Assembly (NCBI GenBank): GCA_965223665.1
Contig: OZ245011.1
Span: forward strand, 4,180,044-4,244,043
DNA: 64,000 bases
Direction: 5' to 3'
Source of the DNA: Nitrospinaceae bacterium
Lineage (GTDB): Bacteria > Nitrospinota > Nitrospinia > Nitrospinales > Nitrospinaceae
Below the pieces are notes generated by a model. The model was not told where the DNA came from, searched no databases, and saw nothing but the letters and a program-made list of their open reading frames with translations. Below, piece after piece: positions 1-9,935 of this stretch (positions are counted from its first letter, which is position 1; each line of letters opens with the position of its first letter). The position numbers and the translations under genes are program-made.

Positions 1-1394
1 GCCATTCCCATACGATCCGGTTTCACCAAATTATTTCCAGGCAGCAAAATCATCATATCAATATAGAGCGCTTGATTGATGCGGTCCATATGGGAAGAAT
101 TCTCGAACAAAGGTTCAATTACCTGGTAAGGTTCGTCTTCCTGCAATAGCGATATAAGATTTTTGGAATACAATTTTTTCTTGTGGGAAGAGTCGAAAAG
201 ACTGATGTTTTTATAATAGGTTTGTCTAAAATGGTTATCACTTAAGCCAGAAACATTTTGTTTTGTGAAAAATTCCAGATATTTGTCATAACCTGCGAAA
301 AGCTCATCTCCACCATCACCTGTTAAAACAACTTTCACATGTTGTGCGGCTAATTCGGCCACGCGGTATGTAGGGAGAAAAGATATGTCTCCATGAGGTT
401 GATCACAGTGGTAGGTAGTTTTGGGCCAAAGGTCCAGCATATTCGAATCAACCCGTTCCATAATGTGTCGAGTATTAAATCGCTCCGCTGCCTCTTGAGC
501 GAATGGAGCCTCGTCAAACCTTTTTTCATGAAATCCAATCGAAAAAGTGTTTACCGGTTGGTCAAGATTTTTAGCCATTAGCCCTACAACAGTGCTGGAA
601 TCTACGCCTCCTGACAAAAAAGCGCCAAATGGAACATCCGAACGTAACCGGAGTTTGACTGCATTCTCTAGTACTTCAAAAAATTCTTCCTCCCAATCTT
701 TTTCACTCTGGTTTTGACTCTCTCTCTTGGCCAAGTCCCACCATTTGTGCCTGGTTGAGTTATTGCGCGTTATTCGCATCCAATGCCCAGGCATTAAGTG
801 TGTTATGCCTTTAAATAGGGTAAGTGGTGGTGGAACAAAGTTGTAGGTTAAAAAGCTGTCTAACGCCTGATAGTTTATTATTGGAGAAATACCTACTTCC
901 AAAAGAGTTTTTATTTCCGAAGCAAACCAAAGACGCTTGCCATCATCATATATGTAAAGAGGTTTTACACCAATACGGTCTCGAATTAAATAAAGTTGGT
1001 CCTGGTTTTCATCATAGATTGCAATGGCAAACATTCCATTGAGACGCGAAACAAATTCAATTCCTTCTTTTTGGTATAGTCGAAGAATCACTTCTGTATC
1101 GGAATGGGTTTGGCAAGGATATCCTTCTTTTTCTAATTCCTTGCCTAGCTCAATGTAATTATAAATTTCACCATTTTGAACTACCGTAATTTTTTTGTCT
1201 TCAGATTGAAAAGGTTGATGTCCATGTTCTAAATCAATAATAGATAGTCTCTGATTACCAAGGCCTACCCCCTTGCCAGCAAATATTCCTTGGTCATCAG
1301 GCCCGCGGTGAAGTAAGGTTTTGCCCATTGTTTCCAGGAGGGAGAATTCTATCGATTGATTTTCTCGATCAAAGTAACCAAATATTCCGCACAT
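1..1394 (-). CDS. asnB: Asparagine synthase (glutamine-hydrolysing)-like amidotransferase, runs off the left edge of the window
   Basis: Not in the ORF track because it is partial. The reverse strand from ATG at 1394 reads MCGIFGYF...HRGPDDQG...NQRLSIIDLEHGHQP...QNGEIYNY...SDTEVIL...LNGMFA...FLSGGVDS...VVLTGDGGDELF, which are the class II GATase N-terminus and the AsnB synthase motifs. Confidence 0.93.
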   Translation of the reverse strand, partial: MCGIFGYFDRENQSIEFSLLETMGKTLLHRGPDDQGIFAGKGVGLGNQRLSIIDLEHGHQPFQSEDKKITVVQNGEIYNYIELGKELEKEGYPCQTHSDTEVILRLYQKEGIEFVSRLNGMFAIAIYDENQDQLYLIRDRIGVKPLYIYDDGKRLWFASEIKTLLEVGISPIINYQALDSFLTYNFVPPPLTLFKGITHLMPGHWMRITRNNSTRHKWWDLAKRESQNQSEKDWEEEFFEVLENAVKLRLRSDVPFGAFLSGGVDSSTVVGLMAKNLDQPVNTFSIGFHEKRFDEAPFAQEAAERFNTRHIMERVDSNMLDLWPKTTYHCDQPHGDISFLPTYRVAELAAQHVKVVLTGDGGDELFAGYDKYLEFFTKQNVSGLSDNHFRQTYYKNISLFDSSHKKKLYSKNLISLLQEDEPYQVIEPLFENSSHMDRINQALYIDMMILLPGNNLVKPDRMGM

Positions 1395-1407
1395 AATTTT
1401 AATTAAA

Positions 1408-1962
1408 CTAAAAACTTCCCTTAAGGATTACCTGTTTGATGGTCATTCCGATTATTTTTAAATCAAGCCAAAACGATTTTTTATCCACATATTCTAAATC
1501 AAGAGCGGTTCGTTGGCCAGGAGTTGCCTGATTTCTGACTAAAGCTTGGGCTAAGCCAGTAATTCCTGGCTTAACGCTAATTCGCTTTGTCCATTGTTCT
1601 TGAGTGTAATTTTGTTTCTGAGCAAGAACATCTGGGCGGGGACCCACTAAGCTCATTTCTCCTTTAAGAACATTGATTAATTGAGGAATCTCGTCCAAAC
1701 TGGTTTTCCGTAACAGAGAACCTATCCTCGTTATTCTGGAGTCATCTTTAGAGGTTTGGTATGTACCTAATTTGCTAGCGTTTTTCACCATGCTTCGAAA
1801 CTTTATCATTTTAAATGATTTTTCAAATTGACCTACTCTATTTTGTAAAAAAAAAGGGTTTCCTGGAGAATCTATTACAATAGCCAAACCAATTAATATA
1901 AATAATGGGAATAGTAGAATTATTAAAAATAAACTGAGAGTGAAATCAAAGATTTGTTTCAA
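1408..1962 (-). CDS. Bacterial sugar transferase (initiating phosphoglycosyl transferase, PglC/WcaJ C-terminal type)
   Basis: KFRSM, D.RITRIG..LRKTSLDEIPQLINVLKGEMSLVGPRP and KPGITGLAQ motifs; single N-terminal TM. Confidence 0.93.
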   Translation of the reverse strand: MKQIFDFTLSLFLIILLFPLFILIGLAIVIDSPGNPFFLQNRVGQFEKSFKMIKFRSMVKNASKLGTYQTSKDDSRITRIGSLLRKTSLDEIPQLINVLKGEMSLVGPRPDVLAQKQNYTQEQWTKRISVKPGITGLAQALVRNQATPGQRTALDLEYVDKKSFWLDLKIIGMTIKQVILKGSF

Positions 1963-1976
1963 GGACCCAAGTATCC

Positions 1977-2792
1977 TTATTCATTTGGGTTGGCCAGTAG
2001 AGAAATAATTTGGACAACCTTCTTTCGATCTAATTCAATTTGTTTTAAGGAACGTTGATTTAAATATTCTTCGCTTTCTCTTAACTTCTCGATTTCATAT
2101 TTTAATTTATCAAAGTGGGCATACTGATCGGTTAGTATTCCTCTTTGAAAAGTTCGAGAAAGGATGACGGAAGATGATCCTAACCTTAAGTGTTCTCCTA
2201 AAACGAGTTCTCCGGGAAGTTGCCCCTCACCAATTCTTGCAATTCCCCCAAACCCGAATGGCAGGTTTGCGGTTTTAATAATTTGTACCCATTCATCCAC
2301 CATGCCATTTGCTAAGGGTTCAAAAATAAACTTTTGATTCAAGGCTAAATGCAAATCATTCAGACCTAAATATATTTCAACTACTCCATTAATTTTTACA
2401 ATTTCATTTAAACAGTCTGCGGCTTCAGGGGTTTCGACAAGTGGTATTACTCCAGTTCTACCAGCAATTTTTTCGCAAAAAAACTTTAGTTCATTAACTT
2501 CGCGAAACATGGGGAGCATTAGAAATTGAGGTTTGTTAACCAAAACATCCTCTATTTCTTTTTCTGTTCCTTTGTGAATTGGATTGAGGCGGACCAATAA
2601 GTCTGAATTTGGAATAGCAGATCTCACTTTAAAAACATCTTCAATTGAATGAGAGCTAATTAAAGAATCTAAATGACCCTGACGTTCTCTTTTTCCTATT
2701 ATTTCAAGGTCTATGAATATTCGATCTACTCCAGCGGTTACGGCAGACTTTGCCAATTCCGGTTGGTTGGTAATTAGCATTAGCTTAAGCAC
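1977..2792 (-). CDS. HpcH/HpaI aldolase/citrate lyase family protein of the polysaccharide locus
   Basis: GVDRIFIDLE, LMLPMF, IPLVET and YLGLNDLHL motifs; overlaps the murJ stop. Confidence 0.75.
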   Translation of the reverse strand: MLKLMLITNQPELAKSAVTAGVDRIFIDLEIIGKRERQGHLDSLISSHSIEDVFKVRSAIPNSDLLVRLNPIHKGTEKEIEDVLVNKPQFLMLPMFREVNELKFFCEKIAGRTGVIPLVETPEAADCLNEIVKINGVVEIYLGLNDLHLALNQKFIFEPLANGMVDEWVQIIKTANLPFGFGGIARIGEGQLPGELVLGEHLRLGSSSVILSRTFQRGILTDQYAHFDKLKYEIEKLRESEEYLNQRSLKQIELDRKKVVQIISLLANPNE

Positions 2793-4311
2793 GAAAAATA
2801 ACCTTTAATTGATGAACTATAAATAAGCGATAACGTTTTATTATAAAAAGACTACTGAGTAATACAATGAGAGTTGCCACCAATATTAGGATGAGTTTAG
2901 AAAAAGAATGAATAGGAACCAAGTTCTCAATCCAAATAAAGGGAATTAGTGTTATGTAGCCGGCTAAAAGAACTTGAAAAATTTCTTTGTAGAAAGATAA
3001 ACTCAAAAACTGAATTCCGTGGCGCTTCTTTAGTAGAAAATTTTGAATGGCTAGAATGAACCAATAAGTGATTACTAAAGCGGCTATGATACCCATTAAA
3101 CCTTTCCATTGCGAGAAAAATATAACTAATGGAAGGAATACTATAATACTGATCAAACTACACTGAAGGGGAAGATGCGTATCCTTTTTGGCATTTGCAA
3201 CTGCTACTTGAAGTGTTAGAAGACCTTGTGCAGGCAAAGCCAATATTCCGACCTTTACCAGGTTTACTAAATCTTTTATCCCTTCATTTTGCATGACTCC
3301 CCATTCAAATGCCAAACGGGTAAGGGAATTTCCAAATCCATAAAATATTAAAATAACCCCATATGAAAAAATAAAAATAAGTAATGTTCCATTTGAAATT
3401 AACTTTAAGCTATCCTCTAATCTGTTTTCAGCAAAGTTTTCTGCTAACTTTGGGAAAAGAATGGAAGAGAAAACTCCAATACATATTCCCATGGGCAGTT
3501 CAACAAATTTTATGGCGTAGTTAAGGAAAGCATAACCACCTGGTCCCTCCAGGGAACCAAAAGCTCGAGCAAGAATGGGAAATAATAAAACTAAACCACC
3601 AGCTCCAAATGCTTGAAAGTATCTTTTTATTAGAGGTTTGGGAATCCCGAATTGGTTTAGTGAATTCCATTTCCAACCGAACTTAATCATTCCCAAAAAT
3701 TGAGAAAACCAGCGTAGAAAACCACCTATGAGGACCGCAATTCCTAGAAAATAAAGGGTTGAGCTTTCTTTAACGAAAAAAAATAAGGCTAATATTAGGC
3801 AAGTATTAAAAATTAAGGTACCCATTGCCGGAATGGCGAAATGGTCTTTGGATTGAAGATAACTCGTTGTGATAGCAGAAAGCACGGTCAAAGGAATTAA
3901 CCATAGCACCCATTTAAGTAATTGATTGGCTTCCTGGTAAGCGTTATCGTTAAATCCTGGTGCAAGAAGGTTAATTAAAATGTTTGAGTTTAAGGTTAGG
4001 AATAAGCTTATAAAGAAAAAAATAATTCCAGAATAAAGGCTAAATTTTATAAAGAGTTGATCCGAAAGCTCAATTGAAGAACTTTTAAACTCAGGAATTA
4101 GAGCTGCAGATAAAGCTCCTCCAATTAATATACCGGTTAAAAAATCTGGTAAAACAAGAGAGAATAATATTGCATCGGCCTCCTCACTAACACCAAACTT
4201 TGAAGCTACGGATATTTCTCTTAAAAATCCTGCTAGTCGTCCAAGAAAAATCCCTCCCGATACCCATATTCCTGCGGATAAAAGTTTTTTGATCGAAATA
4301 TTTGTTTTCAT
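2785..4311 (-). CDS. murJ: MurJ/MviN-family (MOP superfamily) flippase
   Basis: GRLAGFLRE..VASKFG...ADA, ALIPEF, LLAPGF, LNYA.KFVELPMG and ILFPKLA motifs; many TM segments. May flip a polysaccharide unit rather than lipid II. Confidence 0.8.
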   Translation of the reverse strand: MKTNISIKKLLSAGIWVSGGIFLGRLAGFLREISVASKFGVSEEADAILFSLVLPDFLTGILIGGALSAALIPEFKSSSIELSDQLFIKFSLYSGIIFFFISLFLTLNSNILINLLAPGFNDNAYQEANQLLKWVLWLIPLTVLSAITTSYLQSKDHFAIPAMGTLIFNTCLILALFFFVKESSTLYFLGIAVLIGGFLRWFSQFLGMIKFGWKWNSLNQFGIPKPLIKRYFQAFGAGGLVLLFPILARAFGSLEGPGGYAFLNYAIKFVELPMGICIGVFSSILFPKLAENFAENRLEDSLKLISNGTLLIFIFSYGVILIFYGFGNSLTRLAFEWGVMQNEGIKDLVNLVKVGILALPAQGLLTLQVAVANAKKDTHLPLQCSLISIIVFLPLVIFFSQWKGLMGIIAALVITYWFILAIQNFLLKKRHGIQFLSLSFYKEIFQVLLAGYITLIPFIWIENLVPIHSFSKLILILVATLIVLLSSLFIIKRYRLFIVHQLKVIFRA

Positions 4312-4692
4312 TAAATTAATCCAAAAATATAGGCATGGAAATGAATATCAAAAGGTGAAATATGAACAATTCAAGCGAGCAATTTTTTAATTTGAATTAT
4401 TTAAAATATTTAAATTGGAAGCGATGGATTGCGATAAGTCTTGGAAAATTACATGGCGAAATAAATAATGCGAGTGTTGCAAGAAAAACCAATTCTATTA
4501 ACTTATTTAGCCATTATTCGGATTAAATTTGTTTGATTAAACCCCTTATATAATTTATATTAAACTCGTTTAGTGCAATTTTAGATCATGTAATTTAGTT
4601 TAGCAAATTTGGTCTTATCCTATTTGAGTCTACCCTTTCTTTGCAGTTAAGTTAACTTTAAAATCGGATTTGTAAGCATTGGATTTAATTCG

Positions 4693-6561
4693 ATGACTTT
4701 TTTCAAAAACAATCCTAGGTTATTTGTATTACTTTTTTTAGATATTGTTTTAAGTCTATTTTCGTTTTTTATCGCTTTTTATCTTCGATTTGATGGTCAA
4801 ATTCCTCCCGACCAATTTGACACATTTGTTAAACTCATTCCCTTTCTTTTTGCTTGCCGGATTCCAGCATTTTTTTATTTTGGTCTTTATACCCGCGTTT
4901 GGGAATATTCCAGTTTAGGTGACTTAACACAAATTATAAAGGCGGTAATAACTGGGTCATTTATGGCTCTATTTGTTTTATTTATGTTTGACCGCGGGGC
5001 TCTAGTTTCTCGCTCGATTTTAGTTATTGATGCAATTTTATTGACAGTTTGTTTAGGTGGAGCTCGGTTGATTCTAAGGTTTTCCAAAGAAATGAATCAG
5101 AAAAAACTAGGGGAGAGTTCCAAAAATAAGATTCCAATAGTAATCATGGGTGCAGGAAGCACGGGGGTGTTGCTACTTCGTTATATTCGTGATTTCTCGA
5201 ATCATTATAAGGTTGTTGGATTTTTAGATAATGATCCAAAAAAATTAGGCAGGCACATTCAAGGATTAAAAATTTTAGGAAATTTGGAAGATATTCCTAA
5301 TCTCAAAGAAAGTCTAGAATTCAGTGAAGTTTTTGTAGCTATCAATGGTCTCGATGCAGATGGTTTAAGTAAAATTGTAGAAGTTTGCGAAACCAATAAC
5401 TTGAAATATAAAATTGTTTCATCCATTTTTGATTTATCAACAAAACAACCACATATTTCACAGATCCGCAATATTGAGATAACAGATTTGCTTGGGAGAG
5501 AACCTGTTTTTCTAGATTTATCCCTCATTAAAAAAATGATAATGGGAAAAAGAGTTTTAGTAACTGGAGCAGGGGGATCCATAGGATCTGAGCTTTGTCG
5601 TCAACTTTTAGAATACGAGCCTTCTTCGCTAATTGCTTTAGACCGATCGGAAAATTATTTGCATGAGTTAAATATTGATCTAAGTGCCTTGAAGAGCAAT
5701 GCGGAGACCGATTATTATTTTGGTTCAGTAACAGATTTGGAAAAAATGGAAGCAATTTTTTCAAAGCACCAACCGCAACTTGTTTTCCATGCCGCAGCAC
5801 ATAAACATGTTCCTTTAATGGAAAAAAATCCCCATGAAGCCATAATTAATAATGTTCTTGGTACCAAGCAAACCGCAGATTTATCAGATAAATTTAGAGC
5901 TGAAAAATTTATCTTGGTCTCCACGGATAAAGTAGTTAATCCTACAAGTGTTATGGGAATGACAAAGAAAATTGCTGAAACATATGTAAACTTTAAATCC
6001 CAACATTCTTCTACTCAATTTATATCTGTTCGATTTGGAAATGTTTTGGGGAGTAATGGGAGTGTGGTTCCTATTTTTAAAAAGCAAATTGAGAGAGGGG
6101 GGCCTGTAACCGTAACTCATCCAGATATGGAAAGATATTTCATGTTAATTGCTGAAGCTGTTCAACTGATTCTGCAGGCGATTACTCTAGGAGAAGATGG
6201 TGAAACTTTTGTGCTAGAGATGGGCAAACCTGTGAAGCTGTTAAATCTAGCTGAGAAGATGATTCGCCTATTAGGTTACGTACCTAATGAAACTATGGAA
6301 ATAAAGATCACTGGTATCCGTCCTGGAGAAAAACTATTTGAAGAATTGATTGACAAAGGGGAGAAGGCAATTCCAACTCAACATAAAAAAATCAAACGAT
6401 TGAAATCTAGTTTTGCTCCTCGTAACGATTTTGAAGATAGATTAACTTCGTTTATAAAGCAGGTAGGAGAAGCACAACCCTCTGAACAAAAGCAAATAAT
6501 TTCTAATTTTATTTCTGCGGAATATAAAGAAATACCTGCCTCAATAGAACCCACCAATTAA
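4693..6561 (+). CDS. Nucleoside-diphosphate sugar 4,6-dehydratase, CapD/PglF/WbpM family
   Basis: Four N-terminal TMs, CoA-binding-like domain, VLVTGAGGSIGSELCRQ, FHAAAHKHVP, STDK, VRFGNVLGSNGSV, GIRPGEKLFEEL. Confidence 0.93.
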   Translation: MTFFKNNPRLFVLLFLDIVLSLFSFFIAFYLRFDGQIPPDQFDTFVKLIPFLFACRIPAFFYFGLYTRVWEYSSLGDLTQIIKAVITGSFMALFVLFMFDRGALVSRSILVIDAILLTVCLGGARLILRFSKEMNQKKLGESSKNKIPIVIMGAGSTGVLLLRYIRDFSNHYKVVGFLDNDPKKLGRHIQGLKILGNLEDIPNLKESLEFSEVFVAINGLDADGLSKIVEVCETNNLKYKIVSSIFDLSTKQPHISQIRNIEITDLLGREPVFLDLSLIKKMIMGKRVLVTGAGGSIGSELCRQLLEYEPSSLIALDRSENYLHELNIDLSALKSNAETDYYFGSVTDLEKMEAIFSKHQPQLVFHAAAHKHVPLMEKNPHEAIINNVLGTKQTADLSDKFRAEKFILVSTDKVVNPTSVMGMTKKIAETYVNFKSQHSSTQFISVRFGNVLGSNGSVVPIFKKQIERGGPVTVTHPDMERYFMLIAEAVQLILQAITLGEDGETFVLEMGKPVKLLNLAEKMIRLLGYVPNETMEIKITGIRPGEKLFEELIDKGEKAIPTQHKKIKRLKSSFAPRNDFEDRLTSFIKQVGEAQPSEQKQIISNFISAEYKEIPASIEPTN

Positions 6562-6576
6562 TTTCTTCATATTTGA

Positions 6577-7488
6577 TCAAGCTGAAATATCCGGTTCCAC
6601 AAATTGCCACTTAATTTCAGGAAACCGCTTTTTAATTAATGTTTCTAAATGATTAACGGATTTGATTAGTTTTTCAGCATTTTGAATACCCCCAGGAGAT
6701 ACCTTCATGCTGATTAGCACCTCACTATCTCCCATTTGCAGAGCCAAAAATTTAAGGACTTTGGCGTTGGGAATTTGTTCTTTTAAAATGATTTCAATTT
6801 CTGGAAGATAATTCTTACTGGGAGCCTCTCCAATAATGAAAGATTTGATTTCTACAGCCAATAATATTGCTAAGATAACCAGCAGAGAGCCTATCATTAT
6901 AGATCCATAGGCATCCCACGCAGGGTTTCCGGTAGCCCAAGATAAGGATACACAGGCAGCAGCAATGAACAGTCCTATTAAAGCTCCCGCGTCTTCGGTA
7001 AAGATGACTAATAATCCTGAGGCTGTTGTTTTTTTAAACCAAACCCAAAGGCTTTCAAAACGGTTGATTGCTTGAACTTCTTTCAGGCAAGCGTAGAATG
7101 AATATCCTTCCATTAATATGCTTGCCCCTAAAATAATTAAAGCTAATTTAGGATTCTCTAAAGGTTCGGTTTCGGAGATTTTGTGTATACCCTCATATAT
7201 AGCGAACAGACCGCCCAATGAGAACAATAGGATGGTTACAACAAACGACCAGAAATAAATTTCTCTTCCATAACCTAAAGGGTGGTTCTTGTCAGGAGGT
7301 TTTTTTGAAGCCTTATTTCCTAATAATAATAAAACTTGGTTTGTGCTATCTACAAAGCTATGAATAGATTCGGCAAGTAATGAAGAACTTCCTGAAAATA
7401 AGAATCCTAAAAATTTAGAAATCGCAATTCCTAGATTGGCGAATAGGGCAATCACAATTACTTTGGTTGAACCTTCGCTAGCGCTCAT
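6577..7488 (-). CDS. Cation diffusion facilitator family transporter
   Basis: ALFANLGIAISK, LAESIHSFVDSTNQ, HPLGYGRE.YFWSF and EDAGAL motifs. Confidence 0.9.
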   Translation of the reverse strand: MSASEGSTKVIVIALFANLGIAISKFLGFLFSGSSSLLAESIHSFVDSTNQVLLLLGNKASKKPPDKNHPLGYGREIYFWSFVVTILLFSLGGLFAIYEGIHKISETEPLENPKLALIILGASILMEGYSFYACLKEVQAINRFESLWVWFKKTTASGLLVIFTEDAGALIGLFIAAACVSLSWATGNPAWDAYGSIMIGSLLVILAILLAVEIKSFIIGEAPSKNYLPEIEIILKEQIPNAKVLKFLALQMGDSEVLISMKVSPGGIQNAEKLIKSVNHLETLIKKRFPEIKWQFVEPDISA

Positions 7489-7653
7489 TCTTCTCCTGAT
7501 AAAAAAAAGAGTTTGGACTAATGATTAAATAAACCTCCCTGCATGTAATTGGGTTGCTTATTATATGTGTTTTTATATCCAAAGAAAAATATAAGTTTTT
7601 TGTGTTTTTGGGAAGAAAAATGATGTTGCCCTTTTAGAATAATTGTTAAATTA

Positions 7654-8694
7654 TTATTTAAACAGTTTCAATTGAAGGTCCTGAGGGTTATTAAAGTTTT
7701 TTGAAGAAACTTTTAGGGCATTTTCAATTAAGCCGGCTTTTTTGCTCGCCATAGAGAATACTGCTTTAATTTGTTCAGCAAATATGCCTTGTCCTTTCAT
7801 TCTTGATTTAAAAGAAGAGTTATATAGTTTTCCCCCTCGAGTGTTAGTAATCCGATTAATAATTTTATTTTTTTTGTCAGGAAAAAAGATTTTTAACCAA
7901 TTTTCAAAAAGTTTTTTGTTTTGATGAGGTAATCTTAACAAAATATACTTGGCAGTCTTTGCTCCTGCTCCAGCAGATTGCTTAACTATTTCTGGGATTT
8001 CAGTTTCTGTAAGCCCAGGAATAATGGGTGCAACCAAAACTCCGGTGGGAATATTATTTTTGCTTAATTTTTCTATGGTTTTTAAACGAAGGATAGGGGT
8101 TGATGCTCTAGGTTCTAATTGACGGGATAGAGATGGGTTTAAAGTGGTAATGGAAATATAAACAGCTGCAGACTCATACTCGACCAATTCCTTAAGTAGG
8201 TCTAAATCTCGAGTGATTAAATCGTTCTTAGTAATTAGAATCACAGGATTCCTGAATTTTAAAAAAACTTCTAGGCATTGACGAGAAATATTTAGCTTTC
8301 TTTCAATGGGTTGGTATGGATCTGTTATCCCGCTCATGGCGACTGGTTGGGGTTTCCAATATTGGGAGCTTAGTTCCTTTTCTAGTAATTTAGCCGAATG
8401 GTATTTAATAAAGATTTTTGTTTCAAAATCTAAACCCGAGGAAAGCTCTAAGTATTCATGCGTTGGTCTTGCATAACAATAAATGCAACCCTGCTCGCAA
8501 CCGCGATAAGGGTTAATACTAAAATCAAAACCTACATCTGGGCTATCATTTCTTGTAAGAATACTTTTGGATTGATCGGAAAAATATTCGGTTTTTGGGT
8601 TCGGACCTGATTCAGAAAAAGAATTTTCATCCTGGTAAACTGAAATCGGCTTGAATCTATTGAAAGGATTTAAAGATGTGCCACGCCCGTTCAT
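7654..8694 (-). CDS. PA0069-family radical SAM protein (spore photoproduct lyase-like)
   Basis: SINPYRGCEQGCIYCYARPTHEYL (CxxxCxxC), GLDFETKI, TDPYQPIER, LEPRA; C-terminal QLKLF resembles a beta-clamp-binding motif. Confidence 0.9.
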   Translation of the reverse strand: MNGRGTSLNPFNRFKPISVYQDENSFSESGPNPKTEYFSDQSKSILTRNDSPDVGFDFSINPYRGCEQGCIYCYARPTHEYLELSSGLDFETKIFIKYHSAKLLEKELSSQYWKPQPVAMSGITDPYQPIERKLNISRQCLEVFLKFRNPVILITKNDLITRDLDLLKELVEYESAAVYISITTLNPSLSRQLEPRASTPILRLKTIEKLSKNNIPTGVLVAPIIPGLTETEIPEIVKQSAGAGAKTAKYILLRLPHQNKKLFENWLKIFFPDKKNKIINRITNTRGGKLYNSSFKSRMKGQGIFAEQIKAVFSMASKKAGLIENALKVSSKNFNNPQDLQLKLFK

Positions 8695-8951
8695 AGAGAC
8701 CCCGTAGATAAATAAACAATTTTCGCTTTATTTTCGTTAAAAATTACGGGCTTGTAAAGAAAAAAATTGAAACTATTTTTGAGTGGGACTATGGAAAGAG
8801 ATTTTTGGGTAGAGGGTTAGAAAACATTGAATTAAAAATTAAAACAATTCAGTTAATTTTTATCAATGTAATAGTGACGAAAATAGGAAAAACAAGCCTT
8901 ATTGCTTTAATTCTCTGGAAAAATATCCATTCATCATTGTCATTAAAACGG

Positions 8952-9374
8952 TTAGTTAACCAACCTTATAAAAACAATAGCTACTGTTGCTAACTGTAAA
9001 CTGTTAATGGCAACACTCAATTTATGCCACAACTTGAAGGGCTTGGTTGCACTCTTTTGGCCTCCTAATTGTGCATCTCGATAACGGTTTATAATAGGCA
9101 TAATTACCAGCCACCCTACCACAAAAAATATAAATACCACCCCCACAGCTATAGCCTCCGGTCGACTCCAAATCATTACTGCTGCCAAAAGAGTAAGCAC
9201 CGCCATGGCCTGAGAATATACAGGAAAAACCTGACGGATGAATGGACCTGATTTTTCTGGTGGAAGTTTTGTGAAAACTAACGGAGTAAAAATAAAAGCA
9301 AAAAATACCATGCTGCCTAAAACCAACGCTAAAATAAATATGCTGGTTGTACTTAAAATGCTATTGATATCCAT
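8952..9374 (-). CDS. DUF4149/TMEM205-like membrane protein
   Basis: Four TMs; LGSMVFFAF..TPLVF..L...GPFIR.VFP.Y and F..WHKLSV.IN patterns. Confidence 0.75.
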   Translation of the reverse strand: MDINSILSTTSIFILALVLGSMVFFAFIFTPLVFTKLPPEKSGPFIRQVFPVYSQAMAVLTLLAAVMIWSRPEAIAVGVVFIFFVVGWLVIMPIINRYRDAQLGGQKSATKPFKLWHKLSVAINSLQLATVAIVFIRLVN

Positions 9375-9386
9375 TTTTTTTTGTCC

Positions 9387-9869
9387 TTAGTTTTGGTTTT
9401 CGATTTCATATATGTTCCAACTTTTATATTTGTCATTATATGTATCCTTTTTCGTCTGATATTGAAAAACTTTAATGAAGCACTGGACCTGGATTTTTCC
9501 TGAGGAACTGTTTCCTGAGTTTGTCTGAACTCTATGAGGACGAATTTTAAGGAAAGGAGATTGGTAGTTTCCTAAAGGTAAATCTTTAATTTTAAGCTCA
9601 AAGTAAAAGGCTTTATTTTTTATTTGATTTGTTTTAAAGAAAATCTCTTTGTAAGGTTCAGAATTTTTAATTAATGTGAAACTCTCTTTATTAACAATAA
9701 GTGTTTCAGGGTTTTTGTTTCCGTCCGTTCGTAATTTCCAAAGTCCAAATGGATTTTTCGAACACCCTTTCGTTTCCCATTCCGGGTCCTGCCAACTTAA
9801 GGCAAAGGATTTGCCCGTAATTAACATAAACAAAATAAAAATTAGTATAAAAGTTAGTTTGGTTTTCAT
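9387..9869 (-). CDS. Hypothetical secreted protein
   Basis: 160 aa ORF with a signal peptide (SFA/LSW), same strand as its neighbours. Confidence 0.65.
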   Translation of the reverse strand: MKTKLTFILIFILFMLITGKSFALSWQDPEWETKGCSKNPFGLWKLRTDGNKNPETLIVNKESFTLIKNSEPYKEIFFKTNQIKNKAFYFELKIKDLPLGNYQSPFLKIRPHRVQTNSGNSSSGKIQVQCFIKVFQYQTKKDTYNDKYKSWNIYEIENQN

Positions 9870-9935
9870 GGGGTATCTCTCATAATATTTTTTTTTCGAT
9901 TTTTAAAATTAATTTGCGCTTTCCCTAATAATTTA

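Noticed and set aside
350-1042. Short ORFs 350-538, 393-581 and 824-1042
   Set aside because: They overlap the partial asnB reading frame on the minus strand, which has strong family motifs
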